From positions 2,464,001 to 2,528,000 of the forward strand of contig OZ245011.1 of assembly GCA_965223665.1 (NCBI GenBank): 64,000 nucleotides of DNA, in the 5' to 3' direction. The position numbers and the translations under genes are program-made. Under the pieces are notes generated by a model. That model was given only the letters and a program-made list of their open reading frames with translations, was not told where the DNA came from and ran no database searches. Below are positions 9,858 through 19,577 of this stretch, piece after piece (position 1 is the first letter of the stretch; every line of letters begins with the position of its first letter). This stretch comes from Nitrospinaceae bacterium (GTDB lineage Bacteria; Nitrospinota; Nitrospinia; Nitrospinales; Nitrospinaceae).

Positions 9858-11111
9858 CTAACTTCCACGACCCGCTAGAGTAGTGGTTTTAATTCCAAGA
9901 CCCTTTTTAACTTCCTCAACTATAACCTCTGAAGGCAGGGTCATCCCGCCACAAACATGAGGTCCTGCAATTACCCGTTCATTATTAGGTATCACAGATT
10001 TGATTTCCCGGGCCAACCAACCTTTAACATTAAACTCAGGTACAAAAATAACTTTAGCATTTTTGGTGGCTTCCCGAACTTCTTCGGTTGGGAAAGGACG
10101 AATAGTTTTAATTTTTACCAATCCAACCTTGATATCATGCTCTTCTTCTAAAAGACGAATCGCTTCACGTGATTGAGAAACTGCCGTTCCAGAAGCAACC
10201 ATTAAAATTTCACGATCCAAGTCATGGGTTTCAATTAATGAACCACCCATAAGTGGAATGGTGTGTTTTCTAGATCGATCTACCGCTGCATGAATTTCCT
10301 GTTGCCAGGAAGCATGGGTTGCATAACTAATATAATTGGATTTCATTACAAATGGATCTCTCATCATCCTAACAGGAGGACATTCCATATCCATACAAGG
10401 AACCGGTGAACGGTATGGGTCATAAGCAGGAAGACACATTTCATCACTTTGAAGCATAACCGTATCTTTTGTATGCGTTACAAAAAAGCCATCGCAACAT
10501 AACGCTAAGGGCAAATGAACATCAGGCTGTTCTGCCACCATGAATCCGGCCAAAATCCAATCGAAAAGATCTTGCGCTGTTTCTGCATGCCAAACCAACA
10601 TTCCGGTTTCTAAAAGATAGTACATTTCAAGAGTATCCGGCTGAATACTAAGAGGAGAATTAATTCCTCGACAAGTTACGCAAACTTGAATTGGGAGTCG
10701 AGATCCTGCCCACATTGGAAAGTTTTCCATAGCACGTAAGGTACCTGGACCTGCAGTGGTTGTGAACACTCTTGCTCCACCAAAAGCAGCTCCTGCGCAT
10801 TGACCCATAACTGCGAATTCACTTTCTCCACGAAAATAATCTCCTAAATACCCTTCCGCATATAATTCCCCAATCAAGGCAGCCGCTTCACTTTGTGGCG
10901 TAATAGGATAAGCAACCGAAATGTCTAAATTTGCTCTTTTGATTGCATCACGAATTACTTCTGAGCCAGTCAGAAATGCCGGCTTTCTTTCGGCTTCAAA
11001 AATCATGTAATCGGGATCCGTAATGGTTTGTCCTTTACGGTTCTTCTCACCTAATTTTACATTCTCCGACAAAAGTATTTTTCTATCCGGAGAATCCACC
11101 TTTTTATTCAT
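9858..11111 (-). CDS. forA: 2-oxoacid:ferredoxin oxidoreductase alpha subunit
   Basis: AYPITPQSE, ESEF, TTTAGPG, DGFFVTH and IRPFP motifs. Confidence 0.9.
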   Translation of the reverse strand: MNKKVDSPDRKILLSENVKLGEKNRKGQTITDPDYMIFEAERKPAFLTGSEVIRDAIKRANLDISVAYPITPQSEAAALIGELYAEGYLGDYFRGESEFAVMGQCAGAAFGGARVFTTTAGPGTLRAMENFPMWAGSRLPIQVCVTCRGINSPLSIQPDTLEMYYLLETGMLVWHAETAQDLFDWILAGFMVAEQPDVHLPLALCCDGFFVTHTKDTVMLQSDEMCLPAYDPYRSPVPCMDMECPPVRMMRDPFVMKSNYISYATHASWQQEIHAAVDRSRKHTIPLMGGSLIETHDLDREILMVASGTAVSQSREAIRLLEEEHDIKVGLVKIKTIRPFPTEEVREATKNAKVIFVPEFNVKGWLAREIKSVIPNNERVIAGPHVCGGMTLPSEVIVEEVKKGLGIKTTTLAGRGS

Positions 11112-11220
11112 AAAAGTAACTCCTCTATATTGAGCGCTTCAAAAACAACAAGCGGCTAATTATGAAAACCTTATAAGTATTTTGTATAAATTAAACTCGA
11201 TTTATTCGAGTATCCTAAGT

Positions 11221-11853
11221 TTATTGGAGTCTACCTTTCCTATCCAATTTTAACTGCGTAAATGGTTCTGCCTGACTTTCCACACCTTCTTTTTTCAATT
11301 TTTCAACTGCTTCCTGAAGCTTCGCAATTTTATCCAGAGATATGTCCCTAAAAGATAAACAAGCATCTTCATGACCCGCTTGGGCACACATAGCCATAGT
11401 ATAGCAGTCCGTACCACCACGGATAATTTTTAATGCCAAATTAGCTTGGTGACAATGCACCCCAATAAAAATACATACATCTATTTTATTATGCCAAATT
11501 GTGAGATTGGGGTGGTTGGGATTAATCTCAACTTCCGGGTCAATTTTTGGATATTTAGGTCGATAATCCGCCATTGCAATCAACCGGGCGGGTAAGGCTA
11601 ACGCCAATTGTCTTATAGCCTTGGCTTTTTTTACTGCCTTTTCATTCCAAGCCCATAACACTAAAGGACCGGGGAAAATCGTTGGAACTTTGGCTCCTAA
11701 TAACTTCCTGGCAGCATGTATATATGCTTCCTCCTCATCAACAATCCTTCCCTCAATATGGGCCTGTCCTGGGCTAGGTAAAACAATTCCTTGGCTAGCT
11801 GCCGCAGGAGGCAAAAATGCCTCTGGCCCAGGGAGTACTTGATACTGTTCCAT
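11221..11853 (-). CDS. forD: Delta subunit of a five-subunit-type 2-oxoacid:ferredoxin oxidoreductase
   Basis: GPEAFLPPAA, PTIFPGPLVLW and RPKYPKIDPEVEINPNHPNLTIWHNKID are typical of Aquificae/Nitrospira-type ForD/PorD. D-A-B-G-E order matches for operons. OGOR versus POR is inferred from gene order only. Confidence 0.8.
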   Translation of the reverse strand: MEQYQVLPGPEAFLPPAAASQGIVLPSPGQAHIEGRIVDEEEAYIHAARKLLGAKVPTIFPGPLVLWAWNEKAVKKAKAIRQLALALPARLIAMADYRPKYPKIDPEVEINPNHPNLTIWHNKIDVCIFIGVHCHQANLALKIIRGGTDCYTMAMCAQAGHEDACLSFRDISLDKIAKLQEAVEKLKKEGVESQAEPFTQLKLDRKGRLQ

Positions 11854-11907
11854 TCCTCTAATCCTTTTTATTTTTATGGTTTAACTGCTTACAATTGGTT
11901 TGCGCTA

Positions 11908-11937
11908 ACTATAAACCACTGTGCATCAGGTTGTCAA
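11908..11937 (-). promoter_or_regulatory. sigma-70-type promoter of the for operon
   Basis: TTGACA-18 nt-TATAGT on the minus strand, about 55 nt before forD. Confidence 0.65.
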
Positions 11938-12424
11938 ACCTTTTCCCAACCTGGTAATTTTCCAATTTTATTCTTTTTTTCCTAGTATCCAACTTAAAAA
12001 TTCATAATCCTAGTTATTTAAATCGGGTTCTATTTGCTTCTATATTATAAGACAATTCATAGAAATAAATTGGCGCATAAAAAGATCAGTAAACCCTTTT
12101 TAATTAATGGGTTATATGATTTCTAGTATATTTTTTTCCTTTTTTGGGGAACTTATCCACTTTAAGTTGGTGTCTGGGAAAACCCAATTTTAACATTTTC
12201 TTTAACTTCTGGAGAATGGAGCAAATCCTATCCTTTTATTCTGGATTGATTTAGAAAAAACAATTCAAATATTCCAGGCTCTAATTGATTTATAGAAACC
12301 CTTGACAATAATCCAATACAATCTTTTTTAAGGAGTATTAACAGGAACTTACAGTTATGGTATATTGATAAAAATTAGCTCATATTTTTCAATAAATTAT
12401 AAATACTGAGTCTTGATTGATTAC

Positions 12425-12865
12425 ATGAAAAAAGTCAAAATATTTACCGATGGTGCTTGTAGAGGCAATCCTGGACCAGGGGGTTATGGCTGTATCATCA
12501 TCTCCAATGACACGGTCGAAGAACTAAAAGGTGGTTTAAAAAATACAACCAACAATATTATGGAAATGACCGCAGCAATTGTGGCTCTAAAACAACTCAA
12601 AGAACCCAGTGAGGTAGAACTGACCACCGATTCACAATATTTAGTTAAGGGTATGACTGAATGGATGAAGGGTTGGATAAAAAAAAATTGGGTGAATTCG
12701 CAAAAACAACCTGTAAAAAATAAAAGCTTGTGGTTAGAGTTGTTGGATTTAAGCAAAAAGAATAAAATCACTTGGAAGTGGGTACGCGGCCATTCAGGTC
12801 ACCCTGAAAATGAAAGGGCTGATGCTTTAGCAAATGAGGCTATCGATGATTTATATAAAGGATAG
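12425..12865 (+). CDS. rnhA: Ribonuclease HI
   Basis: [26 protein letters not shown] and [21 protein letters not shown] 12425 preferred as start. Confidence 0.97.
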   Translation: MKKVKIFTDGACRGNPGPGGYGCIIISNDTVEELKGGLKNTTNNIMEMTAAIVALKQLKEPSEVELTTDSQYLVKGMTEWMKGWIKKNWVNSQKQPVKNKSLWLELLDLSKKNKITWKWVRGHSGHPENERADALANEAIDDLYKG

Positions 12866-12936
12866 GAAAATTGGTTTTTCTTCCTAAACTTCTCACCTAT
12901 TTACTAACTCAAAGTAAAAATTGAATCAAACATCCT

Positions 12937-14373
12937 ATGACTATTTATAGCAAATCCTTAATTACCTGTTTTATACTTTTTTGTTTTTTCACCTCACTAA
13001 ATTCATGTAGTTCAAAAAACCGGAACTCCTTTCATACTATGACTACAAATCAAAATGAAGAGGATTCTATTACTTATAAAGCCCAAAAAAATTCCGATAG
13101 TGCTCAACTTACTGAAAAAGACTTTTTTTCAGAGGTTGTAAAAAATTCTGAAACACATTTAAGTACCAGCCTCCCTACCCCACCAACCGATCAAAAAAAA
13201 CAAACCAAAGAATTGATCACTAAAAATCCAATTTTGAATCCATTGCATAAAACCGAATTGAAAACACCTCCTTCTAAGCCATTTCAAGCCAAACCACAAG
13301 AAACAGAAATATTGGTAGATGACATGAGTTTAAAGTCCCTAATCACTGCAATTGATAATCAGTTAGCTGTTTTAGCCTATTCTGATTTAAGCAAGGAGGT
13401 TCACTTAGGTCATCTAATTGTTACCCAAGAGGAGTTAAAGGAAACTCTAATTGAATTTCGTCACCTAATACAGGAAAACCTACCTGAAAATGAGTTGCAT
13501 CAAAAAATAAAAGACCAGTTTTATATCCTTCCTGTGGGAAAAGGCCAGAATAACAAACAGGTTTTATTTACTGGATATTACACACCCATTATTCCTGCGA
13601 GTCGGAACCGTACTGATAAATATACGTTTCCAATTTATCGTAAACCTCAAAACTACCCAGTAACACGACTAGTTTATAACGCCCCAAATTCCACCAATCG
13701 CGATAATGCTTATCACCTGGTTTCTACTGAGGAAAAAGTCTTTTACACTCGGCGGCAAATTGACGGAGATGCGGTTTTACAAAACCAGAATCTTGAATTG
13801 GCCTGGCTGAAGGATGATTTGGATCGATACTTTTTGCACATTCAAGGGTCCGGCTATCTCGCCTACCCTGACGGATCCACACAGGGAGTTCAATACAGTG
13901 GATCTAATGAATTTCCGTACCATAGTATTGCTAAAGAAATGATAAATGATGGAGTAATTACTATCGGCCAAGGGTCCATGCAAGGGGTGAAACGATATTT
14001 CCATCAACATCCTGAAGATATCCAAAAGTATTTATTTCAAAATGACCGATACATTTTTTTCCATTCCATCGACGGCATGCCTCGGGGATCCGGTGAAGGC
14101 AAGTTGGTTGGCGGACGTTCTATTGCCACGGACAAACGTATTTATCCTGCAGGAGGATTAGCCTATATTCAAACGCGAAAACCAATTTTAAATCCTGAGG
14201 GAAAGATTGTCGGTTGGAAGGAATTTTCTCGATTCGTCGTGGATCAGGATACCGGCAGCGCAATTAAAGGTTCCGGAAGAGTGGATTTATATTTTGGTGT
14301 GGGTGATAGAGCTGGAGCTGCAGCCGGCCATTACTACCAATCCGGAAAATTGTTTTATCTCTTGAAAAAGTAA
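12937..14373 (+). CDS. mltA: MltA-family lytic transglycosylase lipoprotein
   Basis: Lipobox-like LNSC, FTGYYTP, FLHIQGSG and the 3D domain DQDTGSAIKG.GRVDLYFG. Confidence 0.9.
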   Translation: MTIYSKSLITCFILFCFFTSLNSCSSKNRNSFHTMTTNQNEEDSITYKAQKNSDSAQLTEKDFFSEVVKNSETHLSTSLPTPPTDQKKQTKELITKNPILNPLHKTELKTPPSKPFQAKPQETEILVDDMSLKSLITAIDNQLAVLAYSDLSKEVHLGHLIVTQEELKETLIEFRHLIQENLPENELHQKIKDQFYILPVGKGQNNKQVLFTGYYTPIIPASRNRTDKYTFPIYRKPQNYPVTRLVYNAPNSTNRDNAYHLVSTEEKVFYTRRQIDGDAVLQNQNLELAWLKDDLDRYFLHIQGSGYLAYPDGSTQGVQYSGSNEFPYHSIAKEMINDGVITIGQGSMQGVKRYFHQHPEDIQKYLFQNDRYIFFHSIDGMPRGSGEGKLVGGRSIATDKRIYPAGGLAYIQTRKPILNPEGKIVGWKEFSRFVVDQDTGSAIKGSGRVDLYFGVGDRAGAAAGHYYQSGKLFYLLKK

Positions 14374-14420
14374 TTTCATCTCACAAATAAAACTTTTCCA
14401 GTCCTGGATTTTTTCTATTA

Positions 14421-15158
14421 ATGTTAAAAAAACCCATTCCCTTAAAAAAAGATGTTGCCCTATGGGCTAAAAATTGGAGTCGCTTTAGCCATATCCTTAA
14501 AGGAAGTATCCGTTCCCGAATTTTTGGAATTAAAGGAAAAAGGGAACCCGGGGCAATGGCCTCTTACTTTCAATCCGTTTATTCTAAACCAGAAAATTTG
14601 AGAGTCATGGATGGCAACGAAACTGAATTTTTAGAACAAATTTTCTCAGTAGTGACTCCGACTGAATTATCTTCTTTGCCTCTTGTTGATATTGGTTGCG
14701 GTCGGGGTCAATTGTATGGCTATCTCCTCAAAAAAGGAGTGCCTCCTCCCTCTTATATAGGATTCGATGCAGGTCACCCCTCCCAAGCATTACCACCTAA
14801 TGGTCAAATCATTAACCGAGAAATTGGGATCCAGAGCATACTAAACGAACTGCCAAAAGAAACGTTTAAAGTATGCGCTATAAACAGTCTTTGCTATATG
14901 AAAGATTTAAAAATATTACAAAGCATTCTTGGAAATAAATTTTGCACCGAAATAATTATATTGGAGCCGACCCCAGGAATATTTTGGGATGTTTATTGGA
15001 AAGGAATCCGACCCAAATACCGAAGGCCTCACCGTCTGGAACAAGAATTTAATGCTTGGGGTTTCAATGCAATTTCACTCTGCCAATTTTATTACAAGAA
15101 AACTCCTTTAGGATGGATCTGGAATCTTTGCTACGCAATGAAATTTTCTGCTGTATAA
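14421..15158 (+). CDS. Class I SAM-dependent methyltransferase (divergent)
   Basis: Motif I LVDIGCGRG followed by YIGFD. Confidence 0.65.
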   Translation: MLKKPIPLKKDVALWAKNWSRFSHILKGSIRSRIFGIKGKREPGAMASYFQSVYSKPENLRVMDGNETEFLEQIFSVVTPTELSSLPLVDIGCGRGQLYGYLLKKGVPPPSYIGFDAGHPSQALPPNGQIINREIGIQSILNELPKETFKVCAINSLCYMKDLKILQSILGNKFCTEIIILEPTPGIFWDVYWKGIRPKYRRPHRLEQEFNAWGFNAISLCQFYYKKTPLGWIWNLCYAMKFSAV

Positions 15159-15207
15159 AAAATTTTAAGGTATTTTTAAAACAGCAATTATTTAAACTTG
15201 CTTTTTA

Positions 15208-15753
15208 TTAACGTCTACGGCGAAAACCTCTCTTAAAGCGGTGGGAGTGACGATAACGGTTGCCAAATCGAAAAGGACGATAAAAGGGCCGGCGCCAGCC
15301 ATAACGTGAACCAAAGTTAAAATACAAGCCCGACCCATATCCATACCAGGGAGAAAAACCTCCCCAATAATAATTGGGATAATAGTATCTTGGCCAATAA
15401 GAATACCCGATACCATAACTTGCGCTTGGATACACAGTAGAATTAAATGCAAAACTATTATTTTTACAACGTGCGAACCCATCTTCCCAGCCTTGCTTGT
15501 AATAGGCATCAACCTGAACTCGCTGGGTGTCTTTTTTGAAGGTGTAAGCCTGGTTTCCAGCAGTGACATTGCCACTATCACAACCGTCTTGGAATCCCAC
15601 ACGGTATTCAACTGGCTGGTTTGCTCCCACCATATTATTGACCTGACTTAACGATGTGGAGGCATTAGAAGCGGGAGTGTAATATGGTCCCGGAGTATAG
15701 TAAGAAGCACACCCCGAAAGGAAAATTCCGGAAATTAATAGAACCCATCGCAT
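15208..15753 (-). CDS. Lipoprotein with a Tyr/Gly/Trp-rich region and an Arg-rich tail
   Basis: GGAGG SD before ATG 15753 (MRWVLL), LSGC lipobox and paired Y..G..DG motifs. Confidence 0.8.
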   Translation of the reverse strand: MRWVLLISGIFLSGCASYYTPGPYYTPASNASTSLSQVNNMVGANQPVEYRVGFQDGCDSGNVTAGNQAYTFKKDTQRVQVDAYYKQGWEDGFARCKNNSFAFNSTVYPSASYGIGYSYWPRYYYPNYYWGGFSPWYGYGSGLYFNFGSRYGWRRPFYRPFRFGNRYRHSHRFKRGFRRRR

Positions 15754-16186
15754 GGCATGGCCCTCCAACTTTTATAAGACAAAAACAACTCCTTAATTTA
15801 ATCTTTAGCTTACTCCCGATATATAACCTTTGAAAAGAAAAAAAAGAATTTATTAAGAAATTTTAATATAAAATCCAACTCTCCCTCATAACACATAATA
15901 AATCAATACCTTAATATCAGGCTCTCATTTACCTACCAAGAACAAATAAATTCAATTGTTTTCCTAATCCCATCTTATCACTTGTAATTTTTTTCGGTGG
16001 ACATTAACTCACAAAAATTCATCAAATAAATATTTAGTCAAAATTTTATTGATCTATAGTTAGAACAAAAATGTTTTTAATTGAAATAATAGAAATTAGC
16101 ACTAAATAGAATCAATCTTATTGACAAATAGTTTCCCCTACATAATAATCTTCAAATTCTATTCATACCCCAAAAAGGAGGGAACC

Positions 16187-16699
16187 ATGAAGGGGAAGCA
16201 AACAGTCATATCCTTAGTTATTACTTTTGTATTTGTTGCAATGCAAGGATGCGCGACTATTGTTGGAGATCGGGATCAGCTAATTGGTCTAAAGTCGAAT
16301 CCAGATGGAGCACAAATTACAATCACAGATGAAAATGGTATTGAAGTTTTTAAAGGAACCACACCCACTTCAGTGACACTTAAAAAGAAAGACGGATATT
16401 TTGATGGAAACGACTTTATTGTGAAAATTCAGAAAGCTGGATATCAAGATCAAGAAGTTGAATTAAAAACCAATGCAAGTGGTTGGTATATTTTTGGAAA
16501 TCTTATTTTTGGAGGGTTATTGGGTTATCTAGTAATTGACCCTTTATCAGGAGCCATGTGGACAATAGATCCTGAAAATATAGATGCCCAATTGATGACA
16601 GTAGAGAAAGCAGAAGACGGTTCCGAAAAAATCCTAAATGTAACTTTACTGGAAAACGTTCCTCAGTCCGTAAGACCCAATTTGGTTAAAATAAATTAG
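16187..16699 (+). CDS. Lipoprotein with a PEGA-like domain and a glycine-zipper segment
   Basis: AAGGAGG SD before ATG 16187; MQGC lipobox; SNPDGA..GTTP; GNLIFGGLLGYLVIDPLSGAMW. Confidence 0.85.
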   Translation: MKGKQTVISLVITFVFVAMQGCATIVGDRDQLIGLKSNPDGAQITITDENGIEVFKGTTPTSVTLKKKDGYFDGNDFIVKIQKAGYQDQEVELKTNASGWYIFGNLIFGGLLGYLVIDPLSGAMWTIDPENIDAQLMTVEKAEDGSEKILNVTLLENVPQSVRPNLVKIN

Positions 16700-16721
16700 T
16701 TTTACAAACATAAAATCTTGG

Positions 16722-16753
16722 CAAAGATTAAAGGGCAAACCCTTTTATCTTTG
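16722..16753. terminator. Hairpin between convergent genes, probable terminator
   Basis: CAAAGATTAAAGGG/CCCTTTTATCTTTG, 13 of 14 pairs. Confidence 0.6.
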
Positions 16754-16789
16754 ACTTGATTTTTATTTATTCAGGAATGGTAATTTAAT

Positions 16790-17335
16790 CTATTCACTCT
16801 CTGAAAAGAGAAACACGAGGCGACGGTCAACAAAATCGAATCGTTCTGTTCGGACCCATTGCTGTTCTTTATCGGGGTCACCAGAGACCGCAGAAAAATC
16901 CAGATTTTTCGGATCCCTTTTGATCATACTTGCGTAGGTAATAGTTTCGGGCTTTTCTTCTATATCTAAATTATCCACTGCATTCATAAATTGAGTTCCC
17001 GTTGTCACTATATCATCTACGATCAGCCAATGAGTTTCCGGAGGGAAAGAAGGGATTTCCATTTGTTCTAAAGCAATTCGACTATGCGGCATTACATAAA
17101 ATGGGAGATCCATCATTTGAGCTAATCGATAACCAATTCGGATCCCTTCGGTTTCAATTCCTACCACAACATTAAAGGATCCGTGTTCCTTCTGCCAGGA
17201 TTCCAACTTGCGATGCAGTAATACGCAATAAGCTTCATTCATCGTGTCGGACAGCAAGGAATAGTCGTAATTGTAATTTGACTTTATTCCAGGCCCAAAA
17301 ACAAAACTACCTTCTTTTTTTATTCTTGAAAACAC
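16790..17335 (-). CDS. Type I phosphoribosyltransferase-family protein
   Basis: VVGIETEG and the PRPP-binding motif LIVDDIVTTG. Confidence 0.8.
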   Translation of the reverse strand: MFSRIKKEGSFVFGPGIKSNYNYDYSLLSDTMNEAYCVLLHRKLESWQKEHGSFNVVVGIETEGIRIGYRLAQMMDLPFYVMPHSRIALEQMEIPSFPPETHWLIVDDIVTTGTQFMNAVDNLDIEEKPETITYASMIKRDPKNLDFSAVSGDPDKEQQWVRTERFDFVDRRLVFLFSESE

Positions 17336-17466
17336 AAAAAGCCTCTTAGAAAAAGGTTAAGAATCATTTTTCAAAAAAAACTTCTAAGGATAATAATTAA
17401 CGCTACTTTATATGATCCTTTGAGGAAACAAAATATTCAAAAATAATAACCGTAGAACCCTCGCTT

Positions 17467-18138
17467 CTAGCTTCGCTCCGCAAAACCATATTTACCAATT
17501 AAGGGAACAAAATTACAAGCACACAATATTTTTTTTTGTAGCCGTGAACCCTGTCTGGTAAATAATATTAACTCCTGGTTTTCTTCATCGCCAATAGGAG
17601 CCACAATACGTCCACGGTCTTTCACTTGTTCGATTAAAGTCTTGGGTATATCAGGGGCCGCAGCAGTTATCAATATCGCATCATAAGGACCCTGATCTCT
17701 CCAGCCATAAGTCCCGTCGAAAATTTTATAGTTTATATTAGCATAGCCCATTTGATCTAAAGTTGTTTTAGCCATTTTTCCTAAGGATTTAACTCGTTCA
17801 ACTGTAAAAATCTGGTCCGCGAGTTCAGCTAAAATAGCAGTTTGATATCCTGATCCCGTTCCAATTTCGAGCACACGTTCTTTACCCGATAAATTTAGCG
17901 CCTCAGTCATAGCCGCTACTATATAGGGCTGCGAGATAGTTTGGTTTTCCCCAATTGGAAGAGGATGATCTCCATATGCTTTATGTTGAAATGATGAAGA
18001 AACAAACAAATGCCGTGGAACTCGACTCATTACTTCAATTACGTTATAGTTTTTTATTCCACGGTCAAGGATTTGTTCCTCGACCATTTTTTGGCGCTGA
18101 CCTGCGAATTGGTTGGCTGAATTGGCTGGAAGTCTCAT
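17467..18138 (-). CDS. pcm: Protein-L-isoaspartate O-methyltransferase
   Basis: VPRHLF, QTISQPY, VLEIGTGSGYQ, PYDAILITAA and FVPL. Confidence 0.97.
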   Translation of the reverse strand: MRLPANSANQFAGQRQKMVEEQILDRGIKNYNVIEVMSRVPRHLFVSSSFQHKAYGDHPLPIGENQTISQPYIVAAMTEALNLSGKERVLEIGTGSGYQTAILAELADQIFTVERVKSLGKMAKTTLDQMGYANINYKIFDGTYGWRDQGPYDAILITAAAPDIPKTLIEQVKDRGRIVAPIGDEENQELILFTRQGSRLQKKILCACNFVPLIGKYGFAERS

Positions 18139-18245
18139 TAATGAAAAATATTACGATAAAAATGACAAGCCCTTATTGGCTTTATTTGGAAACATTAAAA
18201 TTTTATTTGGGACAATTTAATAGGAAAGTTACAAACCTAATTCTA

Positions 18246-18575
18246 TTAATGAATAGGGTTAGACCGGGGAAAACTAGATCCTTCCCAAACTGGTTGGAAA
18301 GGTAATTTGACCCCCTCCAAGCCGGGTTGTAAAATGTTCATTTTTTTGGGATCTTGATAGAAAATTAGGTCCCATTGATCCAGGTTTCCATCATATTTTA
18401 GTAAGTAGATGTTACTGTCGTCTGCTTTAACTTTAAAGTAATCAGAAGTTTCTCCATACCAAACATCCAGAACTTCAACCACTTTAAACGACCGTTTATA
18501 GCCGTATTCCATAAGGGTAAAGGCAGTAGGTCGTTCATTGATTTTATATCCTGAATAACATTCGACTTTAACCAT
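18246..18575 (-). CDS. Conserved small hypothetical protein (VECYSGYK.NERP family)
   Basis: VKVECYSGYKINERP...VLDVWYG....FKVKADD...YLL..D...DQW pattern. Confidence 0.75.
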   Translation of the reverse strand: MVKVECYSGYKINERPTAFTLMEYGYKRSFKVVEVLDVWYGETSDYFKVKADDSNIYLLKYDGNLDQWDLIFYQDPKKMNILQPGLEGVKLPFQPVWEGSSFPRSNPIH

Positions 18576-18713
18576 GAGTGTATGTTATTCCGATAGATAT
18601 TAAAAGTAAACTATTTTTTAAAAGACCCTTAATTACTAAGAAAATACACAATAATTGCCCTTGTTGGTATAGAAAAATCAACCTAATATAATAGTTTTTT
18701 AAAAACTTTATCT

Positions 18714-19571
18714 ATGATGCCAAATAAGTTAAAAATTCGACAGTATTTAAATACTCTGGTAGGAGAACGGAACCCTTATTCTTCAGCTAAGCAATTACAT
18801 CAAATAGCGGATTATATAGAAAAACATTTTATAAGCTGCGGATTAAAAACAATTCGCGAAGAAGTTCCTTTTGATGGACAAATATTTCACAATGTTTATG
18901 GTTATCTTCAAGGAATAGATTCTACCAAGGGTACTTTTATTATTGGCGCTCATTTTGACTCTGTTGAAGGAACTCCCGGCGCTGATGACAATGCGAGTGC
19001 TGTAGCTGCCCTTATGGAAATTGCACGTTGCATAGGAAATAAAAATTCAAATATGACAATTCTATTTGCCGGTTTCAATTTGGAAGAATATGGGTTTGTG
19101 GGAAGCCGACTAATGGCAGAACGGTTACACAAAGACAAGGAATCTATTTTAGGAATGATTTCACTAGAAATGTTAGGGTATCGAGTTCACGAATCTGGTT
19201 CTCAAAAATTTCCTCCTTATGTAGATCCTTCTCAATATCCTGATAAGGGAGATTTTATTGCGGTGGTCGGCAACGAACCCTCCCAAAACCTCACTTACAA
19301 AATTGTTGAGGCCATGCGTTCCCAAGTTCCCAATTTACCTGTAGAATATTTAGTTCTACCAGGAACGGGAGAAAAATTTATTGACGTTCGCTTGAGTGAT
19401 CACTCCCCGTTTTGGGAAAATGGGTTTAATGCAGTGATGATCACAGACACCGCTTTTTTTAGAAATCCCCATTATCATCAATCTTCAGACACATTAGATA
19501 CACTAGACTTAGATTTCATTCGAGATATTTCGGAAGGAATTGTAGCTTTCTTATTGAACCCAAAATTCTAA
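18714..19571 (+). CDS. M28-family metallopeptidase
   Basis: GAHFDS, PGADDNASA, EE, SLEMLG, SDHSPF and NPHYH..SDT. Confidence 0.92.
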   Translation: MMPNKLKIRQYLNTLVGERNPYSSAKQLHQIADYIEKHFISCGLKTIREEVPFDGQIFHNVYGYLQGIDSTKGTFIIGAHFDSVEGTPGADDNASAVAALMEIARCIGNKNSNMTILFAGFNLEEYGFVGSRLMAERLHKDKESILGMISLEMLGYRVHESGSQKFPPYVDPSQYPDKGDFIAVVGNEPSQNLTYKIVEAMRSQVPNLPVEYLVLPGTGEKFIDVRLSDHSPFWENGFNAVMITDTAFFRNPHYHQSSDTLDTLDLDFIRDISEGIVAFLLNPKF

Positions 19572-19577
19572 TTATTA

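Noticed and set aside
11221-11853. CO dehydrogenase beta/epsilon subunit
   Set aside because: The fold is shared, but the context is an oxoacid oxidoreductase operon with no CODH genes.
12153-12161. DnaA-box-like TTATCCACT
   Set aside because: A single mismatched copy with no cluster or origin-associated genes.
15192-15611. 139-aa alternate-frame ORF
   Set aside because: It overlaps the lipoprotein gene, which has an SD and lipobox; it has no motif of its own.
16720-16755. c-di-GMP-I riboswitch (GGCAAAC)
   Set aside because: It lies 3' of convergent genes and lacks the P2/P3 continuation; it fits a terminator.
17955-18305. 116-aa + strand ORF
   Set aside because: Antisense to pcm and the next gene; TTG start with no support.
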